Shown here: positions 20,102 to 30,326 of the stretch, piece after piece
Position numbering within the stretch: the first letter of the stretch is position 1
How the letters are laid out: every line of letters starts with the position of its first letter
Source of the DNA: an uncultured Alphaproteobacteria bacterium
GTDB taxonomy: Bacteria; Pseudomonadota; Alphaproteobacteria; Rhodobacterales; Rhodobacteraceae
Length of the DNA stretch: 64,000 nucleotides
Reading direction: 5' to 3'
NCBI GenBank assembly: GCA_963796805.1
Contig: CAWCNG010000015.1
Coordinates: forward strand, 23,596 to 87,595
Notes under the pieces: generated by a model
Database searches by the model: none
What the model saw: only the letters and a program-made list of their open reading frames with translations
Told to the model about the DNA's origin: nothing
Program-made: the position numbers and the translations under genes

Positions 20102-20395
20102 ATGAAATATGAGCGTTTGAAGGCCTACCCTCGCGGATCGCGATCGCTGGGGGCGGGCGCCCTCGGGGTGGGCGCCCTGGGCGGGAGCGCCCTCGGGACG
20201 GCTGCGGTCGGTGCGCTGGCGCTGGGCGCCCTCGCGCTCGGGGCGGTCGCGATCGGGCATCTGGTGGTGCGCCGGGCGCGGATCCGCAGCTTGATGATCG
20301 ACGAGCTGGTGATCCGGCGGCTGCGCGTCCTCGATGCGGAGTTGCCCGGTGGGGAAAAGCAGGAAGCGCGCGGGCGGGACCCGCGCGTCGGCTGA
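20102..20395 (+). CDS. Hypothetical Gly/Ala-rich membrane protein
   Basis: GAGGCGG RBS-like sequence and ATG; repeated GAL(A/G) motif. Confidence 0.6.
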   Translation: MKYERLKAYPRGSRSLGAGALGVGALGGSALGTAAVGALALGALALGAVAIGHLVVRRARIRSLMIDELVIRRLRVLDAELPGGEKQEARGRDPRVG

Positions 20396-20407
20396 ACGGC
20401 GGCCGGC

Positions 20408-20774
20408 CTACTCCACGATCTTCCAGTAGGAGTCCTTGCGGGCCACCAGGCCGTCGCGGAAGGTGTAGAAGTCGCAGCCTTGGACCTTGCGTCCGGTGCC
20501 GTCGGGGGTGGTTCCGGTGAGCAGCCACTTCGAGATCCCGGCGGCGGCGCTCTCGTCGACGAAATGCTCGGCGTTGCCGTAGTGGACGTCGGGCAGGCCC
20601 TGGAAGCGGGTCGCCAAGGCTTACTCGGGGCTTGCCTTGGAAGCGAGCGCCCCAGGGGTCGCCTCCCCGCGGCATCTCGAGCACGCAGTCGTCGGCGAAC
20701 AGCGCCATGATGCGGTCCAGGTCATGGGCGTTGAAGGCGTCGCACAGTTCCGTCAGCGTCGATCGGATGTCCAT
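20408..20774 (-). CDS. SnoaL/NTF2-like protein (frameshift ~20620)
   Basis: DAFNAHDLDRIMALFADD...ATRFQGLPDVHY...GCDFYTFRDG...KDSYWK. Confidence 0.8.
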
Positions 20775-20922
20775 TCGCCGCTCTCCTGCGGTCGTTGCCT
20801 GGAAGGCGAAGGAAACCTGCATCTGGCCTTCCCGGATGTTCAGCCCGCTCTGGCAGGAGGAAATAGCCGGCGCTGGCGTTGCGAAGGCCGGGCATTCGTG
20901 ACCTTGCGTCAATGTCTGCCGG

Positions 20923-21617
20923 TCAATCCCGAGCCAGTCGGGCAGGGCGCCGATGTCGTTGAGGACCAGGTCGGCGTGCGGCGCGAGTTCGGCGCGGGTG
21001 GCGAGGCCGGTGAGGACGCCTACGGCGGTCATGCCGGCGGCTCGGCCGCTGTCGAGGTCGTGGGTGCTGTCGCCGATCATGGCGCAGGCCGCGGGTGGGA
21101 TGCCGGTCAGGGCGCAGAAGGCGGTGAGCTGACCGGGAGTCGGCTTGGCGCCGTGGCCGCTGTCGTAGCCGGCGACGAAGACGAAGCGGTCGAGGATGCC
21201 GGCCCGCGCGAGGTGGGCCCTGGCCGGGGCCTCGCTGTCGTTGGTGGCGAGGCCGAGGGTCATGCCGGCGGCGATCAGCCGGTCTAGGAGCGGGGCGAGG
21301 GGGGCGACCTCGATCTGCTGGGTCGCCGCGCTGGTGGTGAGGATCATCCGCCGGAGCGCATGCTCCTCCCGGTCGGGGAGCACCTCGCGCACGGCGTCGA
21401 TGATCACCTCCATAGTGCCGGCGATCATCGGGCTGGTGGCGGCGAAGCGGCGGGCGTCGAGGTCGAAATCGAGCCGGCGCGCCAGCCGCTCGATCTTGGC
21501 GGGGTCGGGGCCGCAGAGGTCGCGGATCAGCCCGTCGCACCAGACCGACCAGGTGGCGTGGAAGTCGAAGAGGGTGCCGTCCTTGTCGAAGACGAGGCCG
21601 CAAATCCGCTGCTGCAC
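20923..21617 (-). CDS. HAD-family hydrolase (phosphoglycolate phosphatase-like); stop position uncertain
   Basis: FDKDGT motif I, ATND, KP, MIGDSTHD. Confidence 0.85.
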
Positions 21618-21731
21618 CTTGTCGTGTTCCCCCGTTTCCGGCCGCCATTTGTTACTGCGGCCTTCTTGGGGGGCGGGGAGTGGATTGTAAACGCCGCCAA
21701 TTCCCCGCCCCTGGCCGCGGGTCGGAAGCGA

Positions 21732-22011
21732 TCACGTCCAGTTGTGATCCTGGCCACCGGGCAGCACGGCGCGGGCGCGTGCGGGGTCGGCGGGGTCGAG
21801 ACCGGAGGCGGTGGTGAAGTCGAGGACCATCGCGTCGGAATCCCATCAGGAATTCAAGAACGAATCCAAGGAGGTCCGGGTCGGAGATGCGCAAGCGCAG
21901 CATGTCGGGCGCGAGCCCGCTGGCGGCCAGAAAGCCCGCCATGGCGTCGGGCTGGCCCGCAAGCCAGATCACGGCGTCCTGCCCGATCGAGACTGCCTCA
22001 TCAGGGGTCAA
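21732..22011 (-). CDS. DUF3572 family protein (frameshift ~21840)
   Basis: WLAGQPDAMAGFLAASG...LGFVLEFL; tail ARAVLPGGQDHNWT*; divergent from pleD. Confidence 0.8.
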
Positions 22012-22022
22012 AATGGTGGTCC

Positions 22023-22037
22023 GAAACCATTCGTTAA
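22023..22037 (-). promoter_or_regulatory. Possible CtrA site (TTAA-CGAATGG-TTTC) between DUF3572 and pleD
   Basis: Partial match to TTAA-N7-TTAA in a short AT-richer divergent spacer. Confidence 0.35.
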
Positions 22038-22103
22038 CACAATTCGGCCTATGGTCGCCCCGAGGTTAGCAGGCCGGAATAACGCTCCAAAGGGAGAATC
22101 CTC

Positions 22104-23486
22104 ATGTCGGGTCGAGTGCTGGTTGTGGACGACGTTGCAACCAACCAACTCCTCCTGCGTGCCAAGCTGTCCTCTGCCTATTACGATGTGGTTGTCGCCG
22201 AGAACGGCACCCAGGCGCTGGAGATGGCGCGCCGGGAGCAGCCGGACATGGTCATGCTCGACGTGATGATGCCGGACATGGACGGATTCGCCGTCTGTGC
22301 CGCGCTCAAGGAGAGCAGCGAGACCTCGCATATCCCGGTGATCATGGTGACGGCGCTCGACACGCCCGAGGAGCGGATCCGCGGGCTGGAGGCGGGGGCC
22401 GACGACTTTCTTTCCAAGCCGTTCAACGATCTGGCGCTCTTCGCCCGCGTGCGCAACCTCATGCGGATGAAGATGATGTTCGACGAGCTGCGCCTTCGCG
22501 ACATGACCTCGCGCGAGCTGGGGATCGTCGACCTCGTCGCCGAGCCCGAAGTGGAGATCGAGGCGGGCGGGCCAATCCTGCTGGCGCCGCCGAGCGACGC
22601 GATGGGGCAGGAGTGGGCGGCGCAGCTCAGCCACCGGCTGGCGATTCCGACCATCGTCACGCACTCCGAGCGCGAGGCGCTGAACCTGGCGCGGATGGAG
22701 CTGCCGGACTGCTTCGTGGTGCACCAGTCGCTGGCCGAGGGCGGCGATGGGCTGCGGCTGGTCTCGGCGCTGCGCTCGCGCCCGGAAACGCGGCAGGCGG
22801 CGGTGATTCTGGTGGTGGAGAACGGCGACGTGCAGACGGCAGCCAAGGGGCTGGACCTGGGTGCGTCGGACTATATCGAGTCGCCCTTCGACGTCAGCGA
22901 GCTGATCGCGCGGATCCGGTCGCAGCTTCGGAGGAAGCGGTATTCGGACCGGTTGCGGACCAACCTCCGCAACGGGCTGAAGCTGGCGGTGATCGATCCG
23001 CTGACCGGCATCTACAACCGCCGCTACGCCAGCCAGCACATGATCCGGGTGATGGAGCGGGCGCAGGAGACCGACGGGGTCTTTGCGGTGATGATGATCG
23101 ACCTCGACAAATTCAAGACGATCAACGACCGCTTCGGCCACGACGCAGGCGACGCGGTGCTGCGGGAGTTCTCGCGGCGGCTACAGGAGAATATCCGCGG
23201 CGTCGATCTGGTCGCGCGCTTCGGCGGCGAGGAGTTCTTCGTGGCGATGCCGGACGTGGACCAGCGCGCGGCGGCCCATGCCGCCGAGCGCATCCGGCGG
23301 GCGATCGAGGATGCGCCGGTGCCGCTGCCCGATGGGGGCGAGGTCAAGGTGACGGTCTCGATCGGCGTGGCCATTGCCACCGCCGCTGACGTCGACGCCG
23401 AGGCGATCATCAAGCGGGCCGATTGCGCGCTCTATAACTCCAAGGAATCGGGCCGCAACCGGGTCACCTTCGCCCAGGCTGCCTGA
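22104..23486 (+). CDS. pleD: PleD response-regulator diguanylate cyclase
   Basis: REC (VVDD, LDVMMP)-pseudoREC-GGEEF with RGVD I-site. Confidence 0.95.
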   Translation: MSGRVLVVDDVATNQLLLRAKLSSAYYDVVVAENGTQALEMARREQPDMVMLDVMMPDMDGFAVCAALKESSETSHIPVIMVTALDTPEERIRGLEAGADDFLSKPFNDLALFARVRNLMRMKMMFDELRLRDMTSRELGIVDLVAEPEVEIEAGGPILLAPPSDAMGQEWAAQLSHRLAIPTIVTHSEREALNLARMELPDCFVVHQSLAEGGDGLRLVSALRSRPETRQAAVILVVENGDVQTAAKGLDLGASDYIESPFDVSELIARIRSQLRRKRYSDRLRTNLRNGLKLAVIDPLTGIYNRRYASQHMIRVMERAQETDGVFAVMMIDLDKFKTINDRFGHDAGDAVLREFSRRLQENIRGVDLVARFGGEEFFVAMPDVDQRAAAHAAERIRRAIEDAPVPLPDGGEVKVTVSIGVAIATAADVDAEAIIKRADCALYNSKESGRNRVTFAQAA

Positions 23487-23560
23487 GGCACGTGCACCGC
23501 GTGCGGCCCGCCCCGAGGGGCACCAACGGACACCCCATCTCGAACGCTTGAACGCCCTCC

Positions 23561-24016
23561 TCAGTGGCGGCGGCCCGGGCCGCGGTCGGCGGCGAGCGCC
23601 TCGGCGTAGGCGGCGCGCTCGGCCGGGGACATGCGGACAATTTCGGCCAGGAGCATTTCGCCGGCACGGGCGGAGAGGTCGCCGGTGAGGGTGCTCTCGC
23701 GCGCGAGGATGCCTGCAACGGCTTCCGGGTCGAAGGGCTCGGCGGTCAGCGCGGCGCTCATCGCCGTCTGCTGGCCGCGGAGCGCGTCGCGCGGGCCGGC
23801 CCAGTCCCGGCGGCTGTCGCGGAGCGCGCGGCCGAGGTCGTGGCGGTAGGGATCGGGGAGCGCGCGGGCGTAGTGCCAGAGGCCCGGGAGCGACGGCGAA
23901 GGCGGACCGCGGAAGACGGCGCCGGCGATGAGGCCGACGAAGACGAGATTGAGGCCCAGAGAGGCGATGAGCGCCCATTTCAGCCGCGGCCGGCCAGGGG
24001 ATACGGGGTCTGCCAT
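23561..24016 (-). CDS. Periplasmic heavy-metal sensor/Metal_resist family protein
   Basis: WALIASLGLNLVFVG TM; LTAEPFD; MSPAERAAYA. Confidence 0.75.
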   Translation of the reverse strand: MADPVSPGRPRLKWALIASLGLNLVFVGLIAGAVFRGPPSPSLPGLWHYARALPDPYRHDLGRALRDSRRDWAGPRDALRGQQTAMSAALTAEPFDPEAVAGILARESTLTGDLSARAGEMLLAEIVRMSPAERAAYAEALAADRGPGRRH

Positions 24017-24018
24017 GG

Positions 24019-24414
24019 CTATTGCTCCAGCGAGGCGAGGTCGAAGAAGGCGCCCACCCCGTCGGCGCTGCTCTCGCTGGCGGCGCCCGCGGTCAGGGTG
24101 GTGCCGTCGATGCTGAGGTTGCCGGCGATGCCGAGCCAGAAGCCGACCGCGGCGCAGGCGCCGAGGGCCGCGAGGCCGCCCCAGCCGCCGATGGGCGCGA
24201 GGAGGCGCGGACCCCAGCCGCCGCGGGGCGCCGGCGCGGGTATGGCGGTGCGGGCGGCGTGGACTTCCGCGGCGTCGGCAAGGATGGCGGAGAGGAGCCC
24301 GGTGCGCGGGGCTTCCTCCTCGGCGCGGGCGGCGGCGAAGAAGGGCGCGAGTGCGGTCTCGTCTTCATCGGGACGGGGCGTCATGGCCTGATCCTCCTGC
24401 GGGGTTCTAGCCAT
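24019..24414 (-). CDS. Putative anti-sigma membrane protein
   Basis: Directly downstream of the ECF sigma; LLSAILADA and single TM GGWGGLAAL. Confidence 0.6.
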   Translation of the reverse strand: MARTPQEDQAMTPRPDEDETALAPFFAAARAEEEAPRTGLLSAILADAAEVHAARTAIPAPAPRGGWGPRLLAPIGGWGGLAALGACAAVGFWLGIAGNLSIDGTTLTAGAASESSADGVGAFFDLASLEQ

Positions 24415-25000
24415 CGGTGAACCCGAGTTCGGCCTTGCGGGGGGCGAGCCGCGCGGCAAGGTCGCGCCGGGCTCGCGCCAGCAGGCTCTCGACCGCCTCG
24501 ACGCTGGCGTCGAGGATTGCGGCGATCTCCGGGTTGGGGCGGTCCTCGAAATGGCGCAGCACGATGGCGAGCCGCTGGCGGTCGGGGAGAGCCGCGAGTG
24601 CCTGGCGGAGCGCGGTGGCCTGGTCTCGGGCCTGCAGACGACGCTCGGGGCCGGGCGTCTCGTCGGCCACCTCGGGAACGGCATCGCCCCCGAGCTCGCG
24701 CCGGCGGCGCAGCCGGTCGATGCAGAGGTTGCTGGCCACGCGGTAGAGCCAGGTGCCGAGCGCCGCGCGGTCGGCCTGCCAGTCGGGGGCGATCTTCCAG
24801 AGTCTCAGCATGGTTTCCTGCGTCACGTCCTCGGCCTCGTGCGTCTCGCCCAGCATCCGCCGCGCCAGCGCGTGAACGCGCGGCGCATGCCGGGCGGTGA
24901 GGGCGCGCGCGGCGGCCTGATCCCCCTCGGCGTAGAGCGCGAGGAGGGCGGCGTCGGAAGGCTCCGCCGCGATCCCGGCGGGGTGGGGGCTGGTCCTCAT
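24407..25000 (-). CDS. ECF RNA polymerase sigma factor
   Basis: AEDVTQETMLRLW, TWLYRVASNLCID, LPDRQR, VESLLARAR. Confidence 0.92.
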   Translation of the reverse strand: MRTSPHPAGIAAEPSDAALLALYAEGDQAAARALTARHAPRVHALARRMLGETHEAEDVTQETMLRLWKIAPDWQADRAALGTWLYRVASNLCIDRLRRRRELGGDAVPEVADETPGPERRLQARDQATALRQALAALPDRQRLAIVLRHFEDRPNPEIAAILDASVEAVESLLARARRDLAARLAPRKAELGFTDG

Positions 25001-25086
25001 CGCAGTAACTATGGCCCCTCCTCGCACCGCCGTCTCGCACCGAGTGTGCGGCGCGCGCCCCCGGAAGAAGGCGTGCGCCGCGCTGG

Positions 25087-25672
25087 TCATCCGCGATCCT
25101 GCGGGGCGGGGCCGTGTCCTTCAGGGCCGGGCGGGTCCATCCCGTGGCGCGGGCCGTGCCGCTCCATGCGGCCGCGGTGATGGCCGCGCATGGCGTCGGC
25201 CTCGGCCAGCGAGATCGTTGCGTCGTGGTCGGTGTCGACGAAGGCGAAGAGAAAGTTCACCCGTTGGTCGGCGAGGTCGGCGACCGCGACCTGGCCAGCC
25301 TCGGTCGCGCCCATCATCGCCAGCAGGCGATCGGCGAAGGACTCGGCGGGATCCGGGGCGAAGAGATTGAGCAGACCCCGCTGCCGCCCGGGCATCACCT
25401 CGACGATCTCGTCGCGGGTGAGCGTGCCGTCACCGTTGGCGTCCGCGCGGGCAAGCCGTTCGGTGGCACGGGCGACGAGCTCGGCGCGGCTGAGCGAACC
25501 GTTGCCGTCGGCGTCGATTACGACGAAGTCGAGTTCCACCGCGTTCGGAACCGATCGCCATCGGACCCGTCAGGGCGTCGGGCGGGGGACCTTCCTGGGC
25601 CGCGGCCAGACTGGCGACGGCGATTCCGCCGAGCAGGGCGGCGACGGCGGAGGTGCGGGCGATGCGTGTCAT
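25087..25672 (-). CDS. Secreted EF-hand protein (frameshift ~25540)
   Basis: Signal peptide; DADGNGSLSRAE, DANGDGTLTRDE, DTDHDATISLAE. Confidence 0.8.
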
Positions 25673-25815
25673 GTTGACGTCCTTTCCTTGCGACTTCCTG
25701 GAGATCAAACGCGGCGGCGGGGCGGCTCCGTCGCGTCGGGGATCACGGCTCCGCGAGGGGGGCGTGGCGCCCTGTCGCTGGCCGTTTCGGTAGGCGGAGC
25801 GTATAAGCTTGCGCC

Positions 25816-26235
25816 ATGATCGAAGGGAATCAGACCGGCGGCGAAGCGGAAGAACCTCGCGACGTGCGGTCGGCGCTCTGGCGCGGCTGGCGGCGGTGCT
25901 GTCCCGCCTGCGGCGAGGGGCCGATGATGGACGGCTATCTGCAGGTTCGCGGCGCCTGCCCGGTCTGCGGGACCGAGCTGCACCACCACCGCGCCGACGA
26001 CGGGCCTGCCTGGGCGACCATCCTGATCACCGGGCATGTCATGGCGCCGCTGATGCTGGTGGTCTTCCTTGCCTGGCATCCCGAGGGATGGCAGATGGCG
26101 ATCGGCTTTTCGGCGGTGTTCATCGCCCTGTCGCTCTGGCTGCTGCCGCGGCTGAAGGGCCTTTTCGTCGGGCTGCAGTGGGCGAAGCGGATGCACGGCT
26201 TCGGCGGCGTGAGCGACGTTGCCGTCAGGGCCTGA
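25816..26235 (+). CDS. DUF983 family protein
   Basis: CPACGEG, CPVCG, HHRADDGPA, QWAKRMHGF. Confidence 0.88.
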   Translation: MIEGNQTGGEAEEPRDVRSALWRGWRRCCPACGEGPMMDGYLQVRGACPVCGTELHHHRADDGPAWATILITGHVMAPLMLVVFLAWHPEGWQMAIGFSAVFIALSLWLLPRLKGLFVGLQWAKRMHGFGGVSDVAVRA

Positions 26236-26906
26236 GACAGCCGGGCCGCCCGTCCGCGACGCGGCGACCGTCATTCTCGTGCGCCGCGACCCGGACGGGC
26301 CGAAGCTGCTCATGGGCCAGCGTGGCAACGCCGCGGCCTTCATGCCCGACAAGTTCGTCTTCCCCGGCGGCGCGGTCGATCCCGAGGACAACCTGCTGCC
26401 CGGCGAGCCTGCGCTCGAGGCGCTGACGGCACGCCGGCTGGCGATGGAGGCGGCGCCGGGACTGGTGCGGAGCCTTCCCAGGGCAGCGGTGCGCGAACTC
26501 TGGGAAGAGACGGGGCTGATGCTGGGGCTGCCGGATCCGGCTGCGGCGGAGTTGGCTGTGCCGGAGTCCTGGCGCGGGTTCTACGGATTCGGCCTGGTCC
26601 CGCATGCGGGGGCGCTGCGCTTCGTGTTCCGGGCGATCACGCCGCCGGGGCGGTCGCGGCGGTTCGACGCACGCTTCTTCCTGGCCGAGGCGAGCGACGT
26701 CGCAGGCGACCATCTCGAGGCGTCCGGGGATGAGCTTGCGCATCTGCAGTGGCTGGACGTTGCGGCGGCGCGGGCGCTGCCGCTGCCGTTCATCACCGAG
26801 GTGGTGCTTGTCCGAGGTGGAGGCGCTGCTCGCCGATCCGGACCCGGCGCGGCCGGTTCCCTTCTTCCACCAGACGCCGGAGGGGCCCGCGTTCCGCCTG
26901 CTCTGA
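26219..26906 (+). CDS. NUDIX hydrolase (frameshift ~26810)
   Basis: RDAATVIL, FVFPGGAVD, AAVRELWEETG, RRFDARFF. Confidence 0.85.
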
Positions 26907-26909
26907 CCC

Positions 26910-26937
26910 TTGACAGGAAGGGGGAAAGGGGTAGAAG
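26910..26937 (+). promoter_or_regulatory. Probable sigma70 promoter of rpmG
   Basis: Perfect TTGACA, 16-nt spacer, TAGAAG. Confidence 0.5.
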
Positions 26938-27006
26938 GGCGGCTCTGAATTTCCGGCCCCGGCGGGCCGAGGCGCATGGCGGCGGGGCCGCCGAGAGGAC
27001 TGAGAC

Positions 27007-27175
27007 ATGGCGAAGCCGACCACCATCAAGATCCGGCTGAATTCCACGGCCGACACCGGGCACTTCTATGTGACCAAGAAGAACTCGCGCACGATGACCG
27101 AGAAGATGACGCGTGCGGAAGTACGACCCCGTGGCGCGCAAGCACGTGGAGTACAAGGAAGGCAAGATCAAGTGA
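27007..27175 (+). CDS. rpmG: 50S ribosomal protein L33 (Cys-free type; +1 frameshift at ~27112)
   Basis: [35 protein letters not shown] / [20 protein letters not shown]. Confidence 0.95.
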
Positions 27176-27296
27176 TCTTGCCCCGGAGCAACGCTCCGGG
27201 ATGAGTTATTGCGGTGAGCCACGGGCGGGAGCGCGTGGCTCTTTTCGTTTTCCGGGCAGAACTTGTGCGATGAGGCGGCTGGGCGCCGAAGATTTC

Positions 27297-27362
27297 ATGC
27301 ACAACGTATGCACAACGTATGCACAATACATGCACCGGAGTATGCACCGGGCATATGCATGC
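27297..27362 (+). repeat. 11-bp-period micro-array element, copy B
   Basis: ATGCACAACGT ATGCACAACGT ATGCACAATAC ATGCACCGGAGT ATGCACCGGGC. Confidence 0.85.
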
Positions 27363-27373
27363 TGAGGGTGTGA

Positions 27374-28547
27374 TCAGCCGCGGACCGGGCGCTGGAACGG
27401 CGCGAGCGCGGCGGAGCCGGCGAGCAGAAGCGGTGCGATCCAGAGCCCGGCGGCCATCGATCCGGTAAGGTCGGTGACGTAGCCCGAGACGATCGGGCCG
27501 ACGGCCTGGCCGAGGGCGAAGGCGAAGGCGAGCGTGAGTGCTGCGATAGCGGCGGTGGCGAGTTCAGGCGCGAGGAGCCGGCGGACCAGCATCGTTATCG
27601 CCATCGGACCGGCCATGAAGGTTCCCCCGAAGAGGATGGCGGAGAGATAGGCGGCGGGAAGGCCGGGCCACAGCAGGACTGGCAGCGTGCCGAGGAGAAG
27701 CGCCCCGGACACGAGGCCGGGGCCGAGCCCGGCGCGGACGGCGCCGAGCAGGCGGCTCCAGAGAAAGGTGCCGGCGATGGAGCTGAGCCCGAGGAGCACC
27801 CAGCTAGCCGCTGGTGGCCCAGGGGCCGCCACCGGCCTGGCGGACCAGAACGATAATGAAGGTCATGTAAGAGACGTAGCCGCCGCCGAAGAGCGCGTAG
27901 CCGGCGAAGGTCGGGATGAGGTCGCGCGCCGCCAGCAAGGGCAGCCGGCCGGGCTGGCGAAGGCCGGCGGCGGGGGCGCGCCGTACCGCGAGCGCGGCGG
28001 GGACAAGGGCGGCGAAGGCAAGCGCGCCCATGGCGAGCCAGCCGGCGCGCCAGCCGGAGGCCCCGAGGGCGGCCAGAAGCGGCGGCAGCAACAGGCCCGA
28101 GACGACGACGCCGCCGCTGGCGCCCGCGATGTAGATGGCGACCATCAGTCCGGCGCGGCTCGCGTAGCCGGCAACGCCACTGGCAAGCGACGCGCCGAGG
28201 ATGAAGGCCAGGGCGGTCATCGCACCGCCGAAGGTCCGCAGCGCGGCAAGCGTATGGAAGGTGCCGGTGAGGCCGGAGAGGACAAGCACGAGGGCGCTGG
28301 CCGCCATGCCGACGAGGAAGGCACGGCTGATGCCGAAACGCCGTGCCACGAAGGCGGCGGCGGCCCCGACGATATAGCCGGCGCCGTTTGCCGTGGTCAT
28401 CGCCCCGGCCTGGACGTAGCTCCAGCCGAGATCGTCGCGCATGGGCGGCAGGAGGAGCGCGTAGGCGAAGCGGGAGAAGCCGAGGGCCACTGCCGCGCCG
28501 GTGGCGAGGCCCAGGGCCAGGCGGACTTCTTGCCGGGCTGAGGTCAT
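27374..28547 (-). CDS. YbfB/YjiJ-family MFS transporter (frameshift ~27810)
   Basis: ALGFSRFAYALLLPPMR, ANGAGYIVG, GYVSYMTF. Confidence 0.85.
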
Positions 28548-28563
28548 GGCGCCCGCACGGCGT

Positions 28564-29463
28564 TCACTCGCCGGTAAGGACGTACTCGGCGAACATCGTC
28601 TGCTGCAGCGGGAAGAAGTTGTCGTCGGAGATCAGCGTGACGCGGATGCGTCCCTCGCCGTCGCGCCAGATCGAGATGCCCTCCATGTTGTCGAGCTCGC
28701 CGAACGGCGTCTCGAGCAGGGTGACTTCGTCGCCGAAGCCGTCCGGGCCGAGGGTGAAGCGGCGCACGCGGGTGGCGAAGCCCGGCGAGCCAGCCGAAGT
28801 CGCGCTCGAGCAGGTAGAGATTGCCGTCCGGGCCGAAATCGGCGTCGGAGACCAGGAAGGTCGCCGTCGCGGCGGAGGCTGCAGCTGCGGTCCCAGCGGC
28901 CGTCCCGAGCCGGTAGACGGGGAAGGGCCGCTCCCAGCGCGCCGGAGCGCTCCGGGATGGCATAGAGCGTGCCGCGGGCGTCGATCGCCAGCGCTTCGAG
29001 CCCGGAGTTCTGCTGCAGCGCGGCGAAGTCCGGATGGCGCGGGAACCGTCGTCGGCCGGGCCGTCGAGATCGTCGTAGCGGCGCACCCGGTGGAAGCCCT
29101 CGAAGGAGACGTAGGCGCGGCCCTGGGCGTCGAGCGCCAGTCCCTCGGCGTCGATGTCGTCGCCGCGTGAGCGGCGCGCCGGAGATCTCGTGCAGGTGGC
29201 CGATGCCGGTGAGCGTGGCGGCGGCGAGGCGGCCGTCCTCGCGCTTGAAGCTGCCGGTGGCCCAGGTGCCGCGGTCGGAGATGGTGACGAAACTGCGTGC
29301 CGTCGGGCTGAGCCACGAGGCCGGAAAAGCCGCCGAAGCGCGGGTCCGGCCGTCCAGACCACTCGTCTGCGGATCGAGCTCGAGCCGCGGGCCGTCGGCC
29401 TGCAGCGCCGGCGGCCAGAGCGAGGCGCGCGACGGCCAGGCGAGGAAGCAGTACGAGCCTCAT
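28564..29463 (-). CDS. Esterase-like activity of phytase family protein (several frameshifts)
   Basis: FGGFSGL, ISDRG, DAEGL, DNMEGI, ISDDNF fragments across frames. Confidence 0.75.
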   Translation of the reverse strand: MRLVLLPRLAVARLALAAGAAGRRPAARARSADEWSGRPDPRFGGFSGLVAQPDGTQFRHHLRPRHLGHRQLQARGRPPRRRHAHRHRPPARDLRRAAHAATTSTPRDWRSTPRAAPTSPSRASTGCAATTISTARPTTVPAPSGLRRAAAELRARSAGDRRPRHALCHPGALRRAGSGPSPSTGSGRPLGPQLQPPPRRRPSWSPTPISARTAISTCSSATSAGSPGFATRVRRFTLGPDGFGDEVTLLETPFGELDNMEGISIWRDGEGRIRVTLISDDNFFPLQQTMFAEYVLTGE

Positions 29464-30326
29464 CGCGCCGTTCAGCACCTCGGTGCATTGCGGCGGCAGG
29501 TCGGCGAGCTGCAGCGGCGGCTTGCGGCTTGGGCTTCGGGCGCGTTGGGGTCGGGCGGTTCAGAGCGCGTCGGTCACCCACCAGATCGCCTCCTTGCAGC
29601 CGTCGCCGGGCGGCACCGGGTCCTGGTCGACGCAGCCGGTGCGCGCCGCTGCGGGCAGTTGAGCCGGACGTGGAAGTGGTCGACGTGGTCCCACCAGGGG
29701 CGGATCTTGCGCAGCCAGGCGGCGTCGCCGCGGGCCGGCGTCGGCGCACATCGCGAGCTTGACCGGCGGCGGTGACGAAGATGCGGTTGACCCGCGGGTC
29801 GCGGGCGGCGGCCTCGAGGATATAGGCGTGCGAGGGGGTCCAGTTGGCGTTGACGTGGCGCTTGTCGGAGGCGAGGACGCTGATCGCGGAGACGCGCTCG
29901 CGCTCGGCGCGGCTGAGGTCGAGCCGCGGCGGCGGGGTGAACCAGATGTCGGCGTCGAGGCCGGTCTGGTGGCTGGCGTGGCCGCGGACCGGGTCCGCCG
30001 CGGGCCTGCGCGATGTCGCCGACGTAGAGGCCCTTCCAGCCGGCGCGGGTCGGCGGTGCGGCTGAGGTCCTCGATGAAGGCGATCATCGCCGGGTTGCCC
30101 CAGTGGTGGTTGCGGCTGAGCCGCATCGCCTGCCAGGTCGGGCCGGTTTCGGGAAGCTGCACGCCGCCGGCGAGGCAGCCGCGCGAGGCCTGGCCGACCG
30201 AATAGGGCGTGGTGCGGCGAGGGCGTGCGGCTTGGCGGCGAAGAGCGACATCGCGGTCTGCGCCGGCGCCTGGGGCGGCGAGGGCGGCGCAGCGCGAGGC
30301 AGGCCGCGAGCGACGGTTCGGATCAT
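29460..30326 (-). CDS. mepA: Penicillin-insensitive murein endopeptidase (several frameshifts)
   Basis: QLPETGPTWQAMRLSRNHHWG, HASHQTGLDADIW, HFHVRL, DPVPPGDGC. Confidence 0.85.

Noticed and set aside
20408-21617. HAD-SnoaL fusion protein (ORF 20070-21617)
   Set aside because: The linker looks intergenic, SnoaL has its own RBS (GCAGGAGAG) and ATG, and a TGA lies one base off-frame after the HAD end; likely an indel or lost stop
27007-27204. Programmed frameshift or extended variant of L33
   Set aside because: Single extra C with no slippery sequence, in a tract full of indels; assembly error is more likely
27297-27362. CRISPR array
   Set aside because: Units are 11 bp and contiguous with no unique spacers; no cas genes in the window
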